Shown one piece after another: positions 1 to 13,326 of a stretch of DNA of 64,000 nucleotides. The position numbers and the translations under genes are program-made. The notes under the pieces are model-generated. The model saw only the letters and a program-made list of their open reading frames with translations. It did not search any database and had not been told where the DNA came from. Each line of letters opens with the position of its first letter. Position 1 is the first letter of the stretch. This DNA is from Podarcis bocagei (lineage: Eukaryota): the NCBI GenBank assembly GCA_964188305.1, contig OZ076892.1. One strand, 5' to 3'.

Positions 1-59
1 TAGTCTAATATTGCAAGGCAATTAATTCTTTACTCTTATGCTCTGCTTTCAACTTTCAG

Positions 60-3000
60 CTCTCTGGCCTGACCAGCACATTGCCTGACACAGTTCTGAC
101 TCACCTGTTCAGCCAGGTAAGAAGCATGCAACAGCTATGGAAGGAGCTGGGAGCGGTGGGGGTGCTTCTCTGTTAATCTCCCCCCTTCCGCTTTTGGGGC
201 TGTCAAAGGGCAAGACTGAGACACTTCTTGAAAGCCTCCAGCTGGCCCTGTCCAAGAATGACTGGGGGAACCTCTTTAGAAGGACATTGTAGCCTGAGTC
301 TCCCATGCAAGGAGCTTGAGAGGCAGCCAGGTGGAGGTTGTCACATCATGACAAGGTGTTGGTTCCTGTGATGCAGCTTCCCACCTAGTTCTGGCAATAT
401 TTTAGTGCAAGCCACCAAAAGAGGGCTTGGGTTTCCCACAGTAAAAAATCTCAAATGTGACCCTGTGATGCACAGAGATCTCCAGGTGGCTGCATTTTAA
501 GCAGACATTTACAGGTGTGGAGGGCCTGGGGCAGAGAGGAAGTCCCTGTTTAGTTTCAGCAGTCAATAGCAACAGAATGCCAGAGATTCTGTAAAAGAGA
601 TCCAGAGTTCTGCCCCACGAAAACGACACATTTTCAGGGCTGAGACAAAAGCCCTGAGCCAGGCCTGAACGGTAGCAGGGCTCCTTTAAAATTTCACGCA
701 GGTCTCTTCCCAAGGATTAATCCAAAGAGACCATGCTGGGAGATGTGTGTGTGAGAGAATATGAAACCAAATGAAAAGCCACCTGTCTGCAGCACCCCCC
801 CTTCTGGCAGGGTATCAAATACCTTTCCTTACCCAGGATCAGGGTTGGCAGCCAGCCAGCCTGCTCAGCAAACTCAAAATTGCAGGGGTGACCAGACTTC
901 ATTTTGTGCTGTGTTTCTAGGCACAGGTCTGCTCTTTAAAGCACCATATCCTAGTGCTTTGTCGTCGTCCCCCTACACTTTCCCTGCAATAACCTGCTCC
1001 TTACTGCTGAATCCAAGCAAATAGCAATCTGTGGAAAACCCAAATTGCTGTTTGTTCTGATTCAGCATCAAAGGGTGGGTTTTTGCAAGGAAAGTGTCAG
1101 GGGCAAAGAAAAGTGCTCAGACAAGGTGCTTTAAAGTGCAGACCTGTCTCTGGAAAATGTGGGGCAAAAGTTAAGTACGGCTGAGTCCTGGGTCTGCAAT
1201 TTTAGCCTGGCTCTTAAGCGGTGAGCTGTGTCCTACAAAGAAGTGGATCCAGCAGAGTCCTTGGGCTCACAGAGGTGCTTTTCCAGTCAATGCCTCCTCC
1301 AGCCCAGAATGGTTGCTCTGGTCCTCAATGGTGCCCTGACTTGGCCTCCTTTCTGTCTGCCCTCTTTCCACTTTCCACACCCACAGGAAGAGCTGGTGGG
1401 GAACACAGAGCTGGTGCAAAGCTATCGGCAGCAGATCAGCAGCATGGTGAACCAGTACAACCTCCAGCTCTTCTGGAACATGTACAACAGGTAGGGGCAG
1501 GGGCTGAAGGAACTGCATGCATCTTGGACCATGCTTTCCTCCCAACAGACAGCTACCACCATACTCTCCCCAATTCCCCCCTTTTAAAATTTGCTTGCAA
1601 GCCCTATAGCTCACATCCAGTTATGATGAAGCTTGTTTCTAATAATACCTTCAAAAACTATTTATTATTGTTTTTATTTATTAAAATATATATACTACAG
1701 TGGTACCTCGGGTTACATACACTTCAGGTTACATACGCTTCAGGTTACAGACTCCGATAACCCAGAAATAGTGCTTCAGGTTAAGAACTTTGCTTCAGGA
1801 TAAGAACAGAAATCGTGCTCTGGTGGCGCGGCGGCCCCATTAGCTAAAGTGGTGCTTCAGGTTAAGAATAGTTTCAGATTAAGAATGGACCTCCGGAACG
1901 AATTAAGTACTTAACCCGAGGTACCACTGTACTTGATTGTAAAAACATCCCCTAAAACCAAGCAAATTTCCTATGCTTGACTGAGAGTTTCTTGCAGAAT
2001 TTTACAAATACGTTGTAAATAAAAGGTGAAATGCCACAGTGTGATCAGAGGCGGAGCTAGGTGCTCTAGCACCCTGAGTGGCATGCACCCAGGGGTGGGG
2101 CTAGCCACCCAGGGGGCAAGGCAAGTGCCCCACCCTGGGGGTGCACCGCCCACGGTGAGCGTTCTGGGGGTGGTGTCACCCCCCCCTCAGGGATGACACC
2201 TGGGGCAGAGCACACCCACCTTGCTCCAACTCTGGGTATGATGCAAATATTGTAGTCCTGCTGAACTCAGACATAGCACAGTGGCAGAGCCCCTGCATGT
2301 TTGTCTGCCTGCTTCAATTAAAATTCCTTATTTTCTTCTCAGTCGCAGGGACCTGGACATTAACCGACCTGGGAGCATCCCGAACGCCAAGACACTCCGG
2401 TAAGCCACTGATTTACTCCAGGGAGGATGAGGAGGGGCACTGAGCAGAGCAGGTCTCTCCTGCTAATCACGTTTCTCCCCTTGGGGTTTGCAGCTGCCCT
2501 GTGATGCTGGTGGTGGGCGATAACGCACCGGCCGAAGATGGCGTGGTGAGTAAGGAGCTAAGCTCCAAAGAGTTAATCTTCCCTGCTTGAATGATGTCTG
2601 GGATCAAGCTCATAGCATGGGTTTGTCCTTCCCCTAGACTGCAAGCTTGTCTTTTCTTTGAAGGCTGGGGGGAGGCGGGTGGCAGGTACGGTATTTAAGA
2701 AAAGCTAGAGGCCTCCTGAGGATGCTTTTGCAGACTTCAGGCTAGCCTTTCCCACCCTGCTGAGCCTGGCATTCCATTTTATTTTTACTATGACTGATTT
2801 GGCCACTTTGTTCAAATTGGTTTGTGAAACTCAGTGGTGGATAAACACCCCAACAGAGAGCCATCAGCATGAAGCACTTCCTGTTACCCCATTGCCTGCT
2901 GTCTCTCCCACCCCCACCCACCCCCGAAGCTTTGGGAAAGAAAGAGAGAGAGAGAGCTGCAACACCCCTGGCTCCTAAGGGGATTTATTTATTTATTGTT

Positions 3001-6000
3001 TATTGCATTTACTTCCCACTTATTTTTTATTATTTTTATTTCATTGCATTTATATCCTACCTTTGTCTCCAAGGAGCTCAGTGTGGCATATATGGTTCTA
3101 CCTGCTCCTGATCTAATCCTCACAACAACCCTGTGAGGTAGGTTAGGCTGAGAGATGCAGTGATTGGCTCAAGATCACCCTGTGAGCTTCATGGCCAAAT
3201 GGGGATTTGAATCCCTGGTCTCTCAGGTCATAGTCCAGCATTGTAACCCCTATACCACACCCCCTATCTTTACTGTTTGAGCCATAGTTAAAAACTAGAA
3301 TGTCACATTCCTCTTATTTATTTTAATTGTTGTTGCCAAAGCTGTACACCATTTTGCTGCTGTTTCCTGTTTTTGAGGATTTACTGCAGCGCCGAAGCTA
3401 CAGGGAGGCTAGCGAGGTTTTATTGCCCCAGGTGAAGCTTCCAGAGGGGTGCCATTGAGGCTGCCAGCCTGTGTGTGTGTGTGTGCACAAATGTGTGAGG
3501 GGGTTCCAAACTGGGTCTTTGACCTGGGTGAAATAAAGCCTAGTTTTGTCCATGGTGTACTGAACCTCGGAGGCTGATTGTGTTGGCTGCTGGGTCACAC
3601 CACGTGCAGGGCAGGTGATGCTTGTGCTTCTGGACTTGATGCTATTTTGAAACTCTGGCTTTGCTGTTTGTTAGGTTGAATGCAACTCCAAACTGGATCC
3701 AACCACCACCACTTTCCTGAAGGTGAGATAGTGGAAGGGCAAGTCTTCAGGACAAGCCCTAATCCCTAGTCCACTCTCCCCCACCCCTAGATCTCATTCT
3801 GTGTAAGTGATTTTGATTCCATCAAAATTTGCTCTCTCCTTCTTCCTCCCACTGGACTCTTAAGGGCCAAGGACAAGGGTGCAATGTCTTATGTATCTAT
3901 ACCCCAGAACCCAATTGAAAATAGGAGCCATTGAGACACCCAGTGGGGATGGTGGTGCTTACCCCCATTTACTTATAAGCCACAGTTCTGGAGGTGATGT
4001 ATAATAGGAGCTACAGGCATTGCACAGAGCTCTTATAGCACAGGGTGGAAGGCCACCATCGGGGGCACTCTAGTTCTGGATATCTTGCATTTAAGGTGCA
4101 TGGGAGGTTGGCCCACAAGACCCCTACTGACTTTGTGATTGGTGCAACTTGGGCTGGGGCCTTCCTGCCCTTTGGGAAGGGCAGCGGGGAGGCTGTTTCA
4201 GAATCCACAGCCCTTCATTAGACATCATGGCAGCCTAGCCTTTCTAAAAAGGGACAGGACTTGAAGCACAGTGTGTCAGCCCTTCCCTTAATCTTTGTGC
4301 TTGCAAAAGCTGCTGCTGTTTCCAGTTCTCTTTCTCCAAATGGGGTTCTGAGTCTGGGGGAGGCAGCCCTTTTGCTTGCCTTCCCCACCCACAACAGATA
4401 GGGATTTGGCACCTGAGCCTCCTAATGTCTAGCTTTCCCTTCACTAGTTGAGGATGTCGGCCATCTTGAAAAGATGGTGGGCATCTCTGGTTGGTTGATT
4501 GGTACAGAGTGGCATTGATTGAAGCCAATGGAAGCTGGGATTTGCAGGCGCCAGGCCCAGCAGTGACTCAGAGGCCCCTTAAGACTGTACTCAAAGCCTA
4601 ATCCAACCTGTTGCCTTACTAATGTTATGGACTGCAACTCCCATCAGCCCCAGCTAATAACTGGGTGATGGATGCAATTGAGGGGAGGGGGGCTGGTCAC
4701 CTGGAAAGGAAGCTTGTCTGACTCAAAACTCTGTTTTCCACCCAGATGGCTGATTCTGGTGGGCTCCCTCAAGTCACACAGGTGAGTTCTTCCTCTTCCT
4801 CCCTGCTCTTGGTTATTAGAAGACCTTCTGTGGAGCTCAGAAACCTCCGTCTGGGTGTGCCTGGGCACTTAGGCTGGGTGGGATTCTCCCACCTCTCCTT
4901 ATTTCACCCAAAACTCCCTGAGCTGCGTCCTGCTCTAGAATTAGTTGTTGCAGGGATGAGGAAAATACCCATTTTGGTTCCAAGCAGTTTAAAGCAAAGC
5001 AAAACCCAAATATCTCCGTCCCCCCTTGCTTGGTGATGGGGAGTTTGTGCAACTGGGCAGGGCAGGGGGAGGAGGAGGAGAAATAAAAATAAGATCAGAA
5101 TTTAGATTCACAAACAGAATCTCAATTTAAAAAGCTCCGATTTAGAAGATACTGGGCTCATCCACATGTGTCTAATATCCATGGCCTGAGCTTGATGCAC
5201 ACCCCCACCCCCGCTATTTATGCAGTGTCTGGTTGTAGGTGCTTTTCTTTCTGTTTTTCATCCGCATGCCTCTGATTTCTTGAACAGCCTGGAAAACTGA
5301 CGGAAGCATTCAAGTACTTCCTTCAAGGGATGGGCTACAGTAAGTATCTGTCTAGTTTGAGGGATCAGTGTGCTCAAAAACTGTGTTTGTGTAACTGAGG
5401 GATTGTAAGAGATGTTCATGTGTTTGTAATTGGAGAGTGTAGAAGCAGGTGACTCAGCAGAGGATAATTTCCTTTGGTCTACATTTGTAATGAACTGGTC
5501 TAATTTGTACCTCCCAGAATAATATTTGGATGAGAGTATAATTCTTTGGATTTCACACTTGGTCAGTATCTGAATTTTATGATGCAGTTGTCAGCTCAAA
5601 GAGTGTACCAAAACATGTATTTTAGGATAAAGTATGTTTTAAAATGCATACATAAGACTCATATGGGTTTAAATTTTTATTTTGTGATAAATTCAGAGTC
5701 AAATATGTATTTAAATATGGACAGAATGGACATGAGCAAACATTGGCAAAACTGGCACATACTAGATATGATCCACCCAGCCCTTCTCAGCTCAGACTGT
5801 GACCACATTTAAAGCTGTATTGTTCCATTATAAACAGTCATAGGTTCTTAAGATGGTGAGAGTTATTAGAAGACTCCTATCCTCCCACCCCCCTCCAAGC
5901 TATAATTTCCAGAGTAGTTTAACAATCATTCTTTCTTCCTTGGGAACTCCGGGAATTGCAGCTCTGTGAGGGGAATATAGGTTTCCTAATAACTCTCAGC

Positions 6001-9000
6001 AGCACCCTTAACAAAATACAGCTCCCAGAATTCTTTGGGGGAAGCCATGACTGTTCAATTGGAATGCTACTGCTTTAAATAGTGTAGGTGTGGTCTCTAC
6101 ACATTTAATGTGCTCCCATGTGTCCTCACTTCAGCTCCAAACAGATTACTAGCCCTGTTGTTGAGAGCCTGCTCCTGGACAAGGTTCCTCCATCAAGGGC
6201 CGTGGCCTGCTGGATGTGCCATACAGAGGCAACAAGCCATTAGTGTGTTTATGATCAAGGAAATGAGTGTGTTTGGGTGTTCTTTGCCTGATACTTCCCA
6301 GTTCTGTGCATGTCTGTGACACCATGAGAACAACTCACAGTCAACTCCAGGATAAATGGTTTTGGGAATTAACACGTGGAGCGTGGCCAGGGCTTTGCAT
6401 CAGAACCCAAAGGGCATTTTGCACTTCTTTCAGTGTGGATTTAAAGACCCGTTATCTGCCAAACATTTCAGATCTGTTCTTCTCTTCTCCCAGTCCTAAT
6501 CACCCTGGTCAGAGAGAGCTTGGCCTAGCGACATTAGGTATCTCAGAAATAAATGATAAACAAAAATCATAGAAGCATGGAGTTGGAAGGGTCCCAAAGG
6601 GCCATCTAGTTCAATCTCTCCAATGCAGGAATAATTTGCATGTGTGAAATTCTTCCTGCCTTCTCTGTCTCTTTCTCTTTCTCTTTTTCTCTTTCTCTCT
6701 CTGGTTATCAGTTGTGATGTTCTTGTCTTGTTTTTCTGCTGTTGATCAGACAAGCCTTGAATGTGTGATGTTCCAAAATAAAAGCCTCTCTTGCCCTCCC
6801 AACCCTCAACCAGACTCTCTTTGCTTCCACCTCCTACTCAACCTCCCCTCCATATCTCTCTTAGTTGCGTACCTGAAGGACCGAAGGCTGAGTGGAGGAT
6901 CAGGTATCCCCTCCCCCAATGTCTGCTCACTGTCACATCCACATGCTGCATGTACCCCCCCCCTCGCCCCCATCCTCTCCTTATTGTGCATTGCTGCTGT
7001 ACAGAGTGTGCTTTTCTGCTGCAGCTTCCATAGTTGGTCCTGCAGTAAAGAGACAGGCAAGTAAACAGGCGACTGAGGCTGACAGAAAAAGAAGCATCTG
7101 CCCTCCCCCTGCTGCATCTGTAGCATGACTCACACACTATGGGAAGCGCGCAGCTATGTCATTCCAATGGCGTTTGTTGAAACAGATGAGTTTTCCCCAA
7201 AAAAGATTTGCCGCTGTGCTTTCCAAGGCAGCCTTCCTCATCCTGGTGCTCTGCAGGTGTTTCAGACTGCAACTTCTATCAATCCCAGCTTCCTATGGCC
7301 ACACTGACTGGGACTAATGGGAGCTGTGGTCTGAAACATCTGGGAGGTACCAGCTTTCAGGAGGCTGGCCAAAAGCATCCTGAGTGTGTTGTTGGTGTGA
7401 TACCTTCCTGCTGATAGTCACAGCTTCCCACAGGTTGTTTGGCAGCAGCATCACACCTGACTGAATCCCAAAACACGCTGTTCCTGGGGGTTTGCAATTT
7501 CTCTTCAACAGCCACGCATGTGCACTTACAAATCCTAGGGTGTCCCTCTTGGAATATATATATTTTTAAAGAAGGTTAATGACCAGGCATGGCATTTTCA
7601 CGTGTCTTGCAATTATGAGTGCACCCATGACTTCTTGGATTTTGTGCATCTTGGCACAGAAAGGGAATTGTGCTCAGCTGAACTTTAGAGTTGGGGGCCC
7701 TGTTCATGGGCAGATGCACAAGAGCGGAGTCAGCATGGCCCTTGACCAGCATGGGATATAAAGGTAAAGGTACCCCTGCCCGTACTGGCCAGTCGTGTCC
7801 GACTCTAGGGTTGTGCGCCCATCTCACTTAAGAGGCCGGGGGCCAGCGCTGTCCGGAGACACTTCTGGGTCACGTGGCCAGCGTGACGAAGCTGCTCTGG
7901 CGAGCCAGCACCAGCGCAGCACACGGAAATGCCGTTTACCTTCCCGCTAGAAAGCGGTACCTATTTATCTACTTGCACTTAAGGGTGCTTTCGAACTGCT
8001 AGGTAGGCAGGAGCTGGGACCGCAGATGGGAGCTCACCCCGCCGCGGGGATTCGAACCGCCGACCATGCGATCGGCAAGCCCTAGGCGCTGAGGATTTAC
8101 CCACAGCGCCACCCGCATCCCAGCATGGGATATAAGACCATGCAAAAAGGAGAAAAGGCTATCAATAAGAGGAGAGAGGGCTATCAATAACTACTAGCCA
8201 TGATGGGCTGTTCTGCCTCCACAACCAGAGGTAGCAATACTTCTGAATACCTGTTGGTGAAAACTAGAGGAGGAGAGAGTGCTGTTGTGCTTGGGTCCCA
8301 CTTGCTGGTTTCCTGCAAGCATCTGCTTGGCTGCTGAGATGTTGGGGATTGTGTGTCAGTGGCAGAGCAGGGCACGCAGGAGGTGCATCCAGGCACAGAG
8401 AGTCACTTTGCTTCCCACCCTGTCCCACCACAGCCCTACCTGCTACTTAGTTTTGCCGGTCACCTGTGCCTCTTACATCGGTGAGGGAAGCAAAAAAAAG
8501 GGGGGTGATGGAGCCTCAGAACAGTGGTAGAAGAATTTATTTTGCAGCTTGGCATGCCCCATGTGTGTTTTGGCACTCTGCAGTCTTCAGGAGCAACTGG
8601 GTCACATTCTGCTTGTTGTGGCTGTTTGCTTAGGCCAGGGTTAGCTTCTCCTGCAGCCCTCCAGATGTTGCTGGACCCTGACCTCCATCATCCCAAGCCT
8701 TTGGCCAGGTTGGCTGAGAGGGCAGATGGCAGGCTCCTGTACCTAGAGCACATCATTCTGAAATTCTTCACACAAGCCATCGTCTGGCAAGCCACCCACT
8801 GTCTCCCACACAGTCAGCTTGGTCATGTCTTTGGGGTTTGATTGCTGGGCTGGTTTGTCTGCCTTCCACAACCTGGTGCCTTCCAGATGTTTTGGACTAT
8901 GAATTCACAGAGGAGAGGGTGATCAACGGCTACTAGCCATGGTGGCTATGCTCTGCTTCCACAGTCCAAAGCAGTAATGTTAGAATACCAGTTGCTGCAA

Positions 9001-9505
9001 ATCACAGGAGGGGAGAGTGTTCTTATATTCAGTTTCCAGTTTCCCACAGGCATCTCTGAGAACAGAATGCTGGACTAGATGGACCATTGACGTGATCCAG
9101 CAAGCTCTTTTTGTGCCCTTGTGTTCTTACGCCTCAAGAGTTGGTGCATGGCTAGGGCTTGAGTGGCTGAAGGCTGCTGGGCTTTAGGCGCTCTCTGAGG
9201 CCAGGGGCTTGATGTTGCTTCTTCCCTCTCCTGTGGCAGCTTTGCTCGTCTTTGTGGCGCTCACTCCGCCCGGACCCTCCCTGGTCCGCTGTTTGTCCCT
9301 GGCAGAAGCATTGATGCTCTCTCTCTCTCTTTCTCTCCCCATAGTGCCCTCTGCCAGTATGACGCGCCTGGCCCGCTCCCGCACGGCTTCCCTCACCAGC
9401 GCCAGCTCTGTGGAGGGCGGGGGCAACCGCCCAAGAGCCTGTACCCACTCGGAGAGCAGCGAGGCCATGGGGCAGATCAACCACACCATGGAGGTGTCCT
9501 GCTGA
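60..9505 (+). CDS. NDRG4: NDRG family member 4, 3' portion (9 exons incl. one cassette exon; 5' exons lie upstream of the window)
   Basis: Exons with AG/GT boundaries: 60-116 ([19 protein letters not shown]), 1387-1490 ([35 protein letters not shown]), 2343-2399 ([19 protein letters not shown]), 2494-2545 ([17 protein letters not shown]), 3675-3722 ([16 protein letters not shown]), 4746-4781 ([12 protein letters not shown]), 5288-5339 ([17 protein letters not shown]), cassette 6865-6903 ([13 protein letters not shown]), 9345-9505 ([21 protein letters not shown]...HTMEVSC*). Total 606 nt, frame continuous; C-terminus MEVSC and synteny with SETD6/CNOT1 identify NDRG4. Confidence 0.97.
1698..1929. 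mobile_element. Tc1/mariner (Tigger-like) MITE
   Basis: Perfect 18-bp TIRs CAGTGGTACCTCGGGTTA / TAACCCGAGGTACCACTG, TA target duplications at 1696-1697 and 1930-1931, internal CTTCAGGTTA repeats. Confidence 0.9.
2046..2234. mobile_element. hAT-like MITE (older)
   Basis: Imperfect TIRs CAGAGGCGGAGC / GCTCCAACTCTG; flanks AGTGTGAT / GGTATGAT (6/8 match, decayed 8-bp TSD). Confidence 0.6.
2985..3260 (-). mobile_element. tRNA-derived SINE (Squam/MIR-like)
   Basis: TTTA-rich tail, core CACAACAACCCTGTGAGGTAGG, GGATTTGAATCC B-box complement; related copies at ~9985-10165 and 14345-14590. Confidence 0.7.
5805..6080. mobile_element. Non-autonomous element with long imperfect inverted arms
   Basis: TTTAAAGC...TTCCA...AACAGTCATAGG at the left end is complementary to CCATGACTGTT...TGGAA...GCTTTAAA at the right end. 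Confidence 0.55.
6865..6903 (+). CDS. NDRG4: NDRG4 39-nt symmetric cassette exon ([13 protein letters not shown])
   Basis: Pyrimidine tract + TTAG acceptor at 6861-6864, CAG|GTATCC donor; phase 1/1, 13 codons; matches the recalled 13-aa insert of mammalian NDRG4 variant isoforms. Confidence 0.9.
7761..8121 (-). mobile_element. Full-length Sauria-type SINE with target-site duplication
   Basis: Minus strand begins GGGATGCGGGTGGCGCTGTGGG, has B-box GGTTCGAATCC and ends in an (ACCTTT)n tail; direct repeat AGCATGGGATATA at 7748-7760 and 8122-8134; CpGs largely intact. Confidence 0.9.
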
Positions 9506-9984
9506 GGACCTCCACCTTACTCCTCCTCACCGTCTTCTTCACGGGTGACCTCGAGGGCCCACTCATCCAGTCACTCTCCAGCTGGCTCCATCCCCTGCGG
9601 CTTCCTGTGGCTTTAATTTCTTTTGCCGTCTTTCTTTTCCTTTCACATTATGGAATACAAAGTTGGGAGGGGGCATAGGGAGAGTGGGAAGCAGCAGCAG
9701 CTTGATGTCAATGGCCACCTCCACCCATAGGCCCAGGTGCCATTTTGAACCAGGGCGATTCCCTTGGGTTGGTTTCTAGCTGGCTTGGAAGCGGCAGGCA
9801 TGTCCCTCTGCACAGCTTGAGGCAAGGCGAGCAGGAGGGATGTTTTACACCTGCTTAGCCAGGGTGCCTCTCCTTCAGAAAAGCCACTCACCCAGTGAGT
9901 CAGAAGGGGGAGAGTGTTCTCGTGGGCCCTTCAGCTTAGATGCCCAACAATTAATCCACAGTGTACCCGTTCGGTGGTTTACTT

Positions 9985-10165
9985 ACTTGATTTATTTTCA
10001 GACACTTATATCCCTCCTTTTCCTTTTCCAAGGAGCTCAAGGTGGCATACATGGTTCACCCCTCCTCATTTAATCCCCACAACAACCCTGTGAAGTAGGC
10101 TAGTTGAAAGAGGCAGTGACTGGCCCAAGGTCCTCGTCTGACACTCCAACCACTTTACAGCACTG
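9985..10165 (-). mobile_element. Truncated Squam/MIR-like SINE within the NDRG4 3' UTR
   Basis: Similar to 2985-3260 (CCAAGGAGCTCAAGGTGGCATAC...CACAACAACCCTGTG). Confidence 0.65.
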
Positions 10166-12785
10166 GTTCAGGAAGGAGGGAAATTGCAACCTTGAAGGCA
10201 AATGCCTCTTAGTTTCTACCCTTCTCTTTGGCTTTGGAGCACAAGCTTTTTAGTTCCACAGCTTTGGAAAGCCTTTTTGGTGGCTGACTCTGTGCCGGCA
10301 GGTTTTGCTGGAAAGACAACAGAAATTGGGGCTTAACTGGGTAGGAACTTGTCCATAGAGTCGAGCCGTTTCTCCAGCTTGCTGTAGAAAACCATCCATG
10401 GGGGTCCTATTGCATCATTTCCTTCCCCTACATGTAAATTCAGTCCAAAGCAGAAAGTGGGAAGTTGTGTGCGCCCCCCCCCCCCCATACTAGGAATGAG
10501 CAGCAAGACTTTCCAAGCATAAGGGGTAGGGAAAGGTCATAGTTGGTTTTAGGATTTGTTTGGGGTTTCCTCAAGCCTTTTAACCAGTGCTATAAATGGC
10601 CATTGGGTAACACTTGTTGCAATATAAGCTGCCCCTACTACCATAGCTTATTAATTTTTTTAAAAGGACAATCAGTGGCGGGAATCAAAAACACAAGGGC
10701 ACATTTACGCATGTTTAGACCATGCTAACCCTTGTGGCTCTCCCCTCAGGAATAGTAGATGCTTGATACTCTTGCACAATAACTGTTCCCAGGATGCTTT
10801 CCTTGAAGGACCCCCCCCCCCCCTAGAAAGCAGTGCTGGGTTGTGCATATGCTTTTAGGCTCAGCAGGAATAAGTAGCAGAAGCTTATCCAGCCTCAAAG
10901 AGGGAAAATGGGGCCCAGGAACATGACATTTATTTAGTTATTTAAAATATTTGTTTCCTGTTCTTGATCAACAGACCCAGAGCAGGATACATGAACTATT
11001 TTAAAACACAACACAGAAAATAAAAACATAAAAATATTCCCAACTAGGCAGACACCCTTGGGGGTGTTATACTCCAGCCTCTACTGTGTAAGGCTTGTGT
11101 TGATGGGGATAAAGAGTTTCCTCCCCCAAAACAGCCCTATAGGGGACTGGTCACATCTCCTCCATGCTCCCGCCTGTATGAAAAAACAGGTAGCCTCATG
11201 GAAGGCCCTGATCCCGAAGTTTTGTCTGCGGCCCCCTCTGCACCCCAGGGATGTGATGGATCATGTGAAGGTGCTGGGATATCTGCCCCCAGACTGTGCC
11301 TGTCCACATTAGATGCTGTATCCACTTAAGTTCTACTCTGAGTAGAACTAGCACTGGATAGAGGCCATTGTTCCACTTGACCCACAGGAGCACCCAGTCT
11401 CTCGCCCACACAACAGCAGCCTCTGTGGTTTCCCTTATGAAGTATTTCATCTAGTATTTATTTACTCGCTGTAATGTCATCACAGTTAAAGGGGGGGGTA
11501 AAAAGGCAATGTTCATTTGAATTTCCTCCCCACTCTTTTCCTGTTGAGTAGATTGTGAGCCTGTGAGCAAGGGTCTTCTTGTGTTTTAATATCTGTATGG
11601 CTGTATGGCACTTAGAAAAAAATAGACTCTTTAATAAGCATTAAATGATAATTACTCTTATATTCAAGAAGTTACCCATAAGTTCCATTGGTCCTTTCAT
11701 TAGATGGAGGCTTTCAGGGGGGCAATTCTATATGCATTAATTAACGTTACAGGATACGTTCCTCCAATTCCAGCAAAGAGGCTTACAGGATCCTCACTTC
11801 AAAAGGTGCCCTGTTTGCCTAGCATCCAGCCCCTTCACTCTGTCCCCTCACGATGTGGTTATGCTTCGTACTAGCATGCCACCCTGTCATCTTGTGCTTT
11901 GTCCTTCCTGACTTTCTGAAGGATTCCCCTGCAACCACCTGAGTGCTCTCTGGTACAGTGCCTCATTTCCGTTCTGGCAGCACCACAAAACCAGAGGGAA
12001 GCAAACGTGTGTGTCCTCTAGGATAGGTCTCAGGCAGCCCCCCACCCCACCCCGTGGCTCTGGGGCTGTTAATTTATTGAGGTCTTTCCATTTCAATTCA
12101 TCTCAGAACCCCTTTCAGAGTTTGGAGGAGGAACAGTTAGCAAGAATTTGCCTTCACATTTCTTCTCAAGTTCCGCACATTCATGCCTTTGAAGAGACGA
12201 TTCTCCCTACTCGCTCTGCATTACTGTAAGCCTGCTATTGACGTGAAACCAGAAAGGCTCTTGTCCATGCCACTCTGGGCTCCAAATGAGCCAATATACC
12301 CTTCTCCTTCCTTTCCCCAAACTGCTGCTGGACCACCCAGCCCATCGTTCTTGCTGAATCCCAAATGCATCCTTACCGCATCCTGATCTCATGTCAGACA
12401 CTCAGTTCTTTTTACTGATGAAACACCCCACCCACATCACCTATCTTGCACATCGCTGCGTTTCCACGCAAGCAAAGAGCTTGAAGTGGGGTTTGGCCCA
12501 AAGAGCAACAAGCAGCTTGCGAGGAGTTCTGTCTCGCCTCTCTGCTACTCGGCAGGCTTTGCACCTGACTTTCTCGCTCCTGACAGTACGCATGTCAAGG
12601 GGTATATATGTGTGCGTAGCCCAGGCATCTTTGCATTTAAATGGTTTGATGTTGCCACAACCAGTCCAGACACACTCTCTGTTTGATGTAATCTTCTAAT
12701 CTCAGACTCTTTTATTTTGTGTGCTTCCTTCTAAACTTTAAATATGAATGATTGAAGGCTACTAGGACCCTCTTTTACTGTAGAT

Positions 12786-12930
12786 CAGCTTTTGCCAACC
12801 TGGGACCCTCCAGAGGTTGTTGGATTACAGCTCCCATCAGCTCCTCAGCATCACACACCCAAGTTGGCTGGAGCTGAAGGAAGTTGCAGGAGAGAACACC
12901 TGCTGGAGGGCACCTGGTTGGAGGAGGCTG
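12786..12930. mobile_element. Short hAT MITE in the NDRG4 3' UTR
   Basis: Perfect 8-bp TSD CTGTAGAT (12778-12785, 12931-12938); imperfect TIRs; internally palindromic arms. Confidence 0.8.
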
Positions 12931-13320
12931 CTGTAGATATTGTTGCCTTTTTTCTTGATGTGTTCTTTCAGATGAGATAGATCTATAAATTCCTATATAT
13001 AATATTTATCTTGGATTCCACCCCTGCCATTTACTTGTAGCAATTGGCAACCAATGTGCAGCTTTTCATTTGAAGGTGATCTAGCTATTACTGCGGGGTG
13101 GGGGTGGGGGGAATTGGATTTTTTTAAAGAAACATTTTCCTGATTAAGGTGGAATTTAATGGATTTCTTTTTTCTGTATGAGGTGAAATGTAATATTTTT
13201 GTGCATGATGGTTGTTGATGCTCTCTGGTTGCATTGATGCCACAATATCTACAAAATGTAAAACAAGGCAAACAAACAAACAAACCCATTGATGTAGAGA
13301 GGATTATTGTGTTGAAAACT

Positions 13321-13326
13321 AATAAA
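13321..13326 (+). terminator. Probable NDRG4 poly(A) signal (AATAAA), implying a ~3.8-kb 3' UTR
   Basis: AATAAA at the end of an AU-rich, UTR-like block (12990-13320), immediately followed by TE-dense intergenic DNA. Confidence 0.6.

Noticed and set aside
9209-9344. In-frame open extension upstream of the NDRG4 last exon
   Set aside because: Translates the pyrimidine tract (LSLSLSL); the acceptor at 9344 fully explains the protein and nothing supports the upstream AGs.
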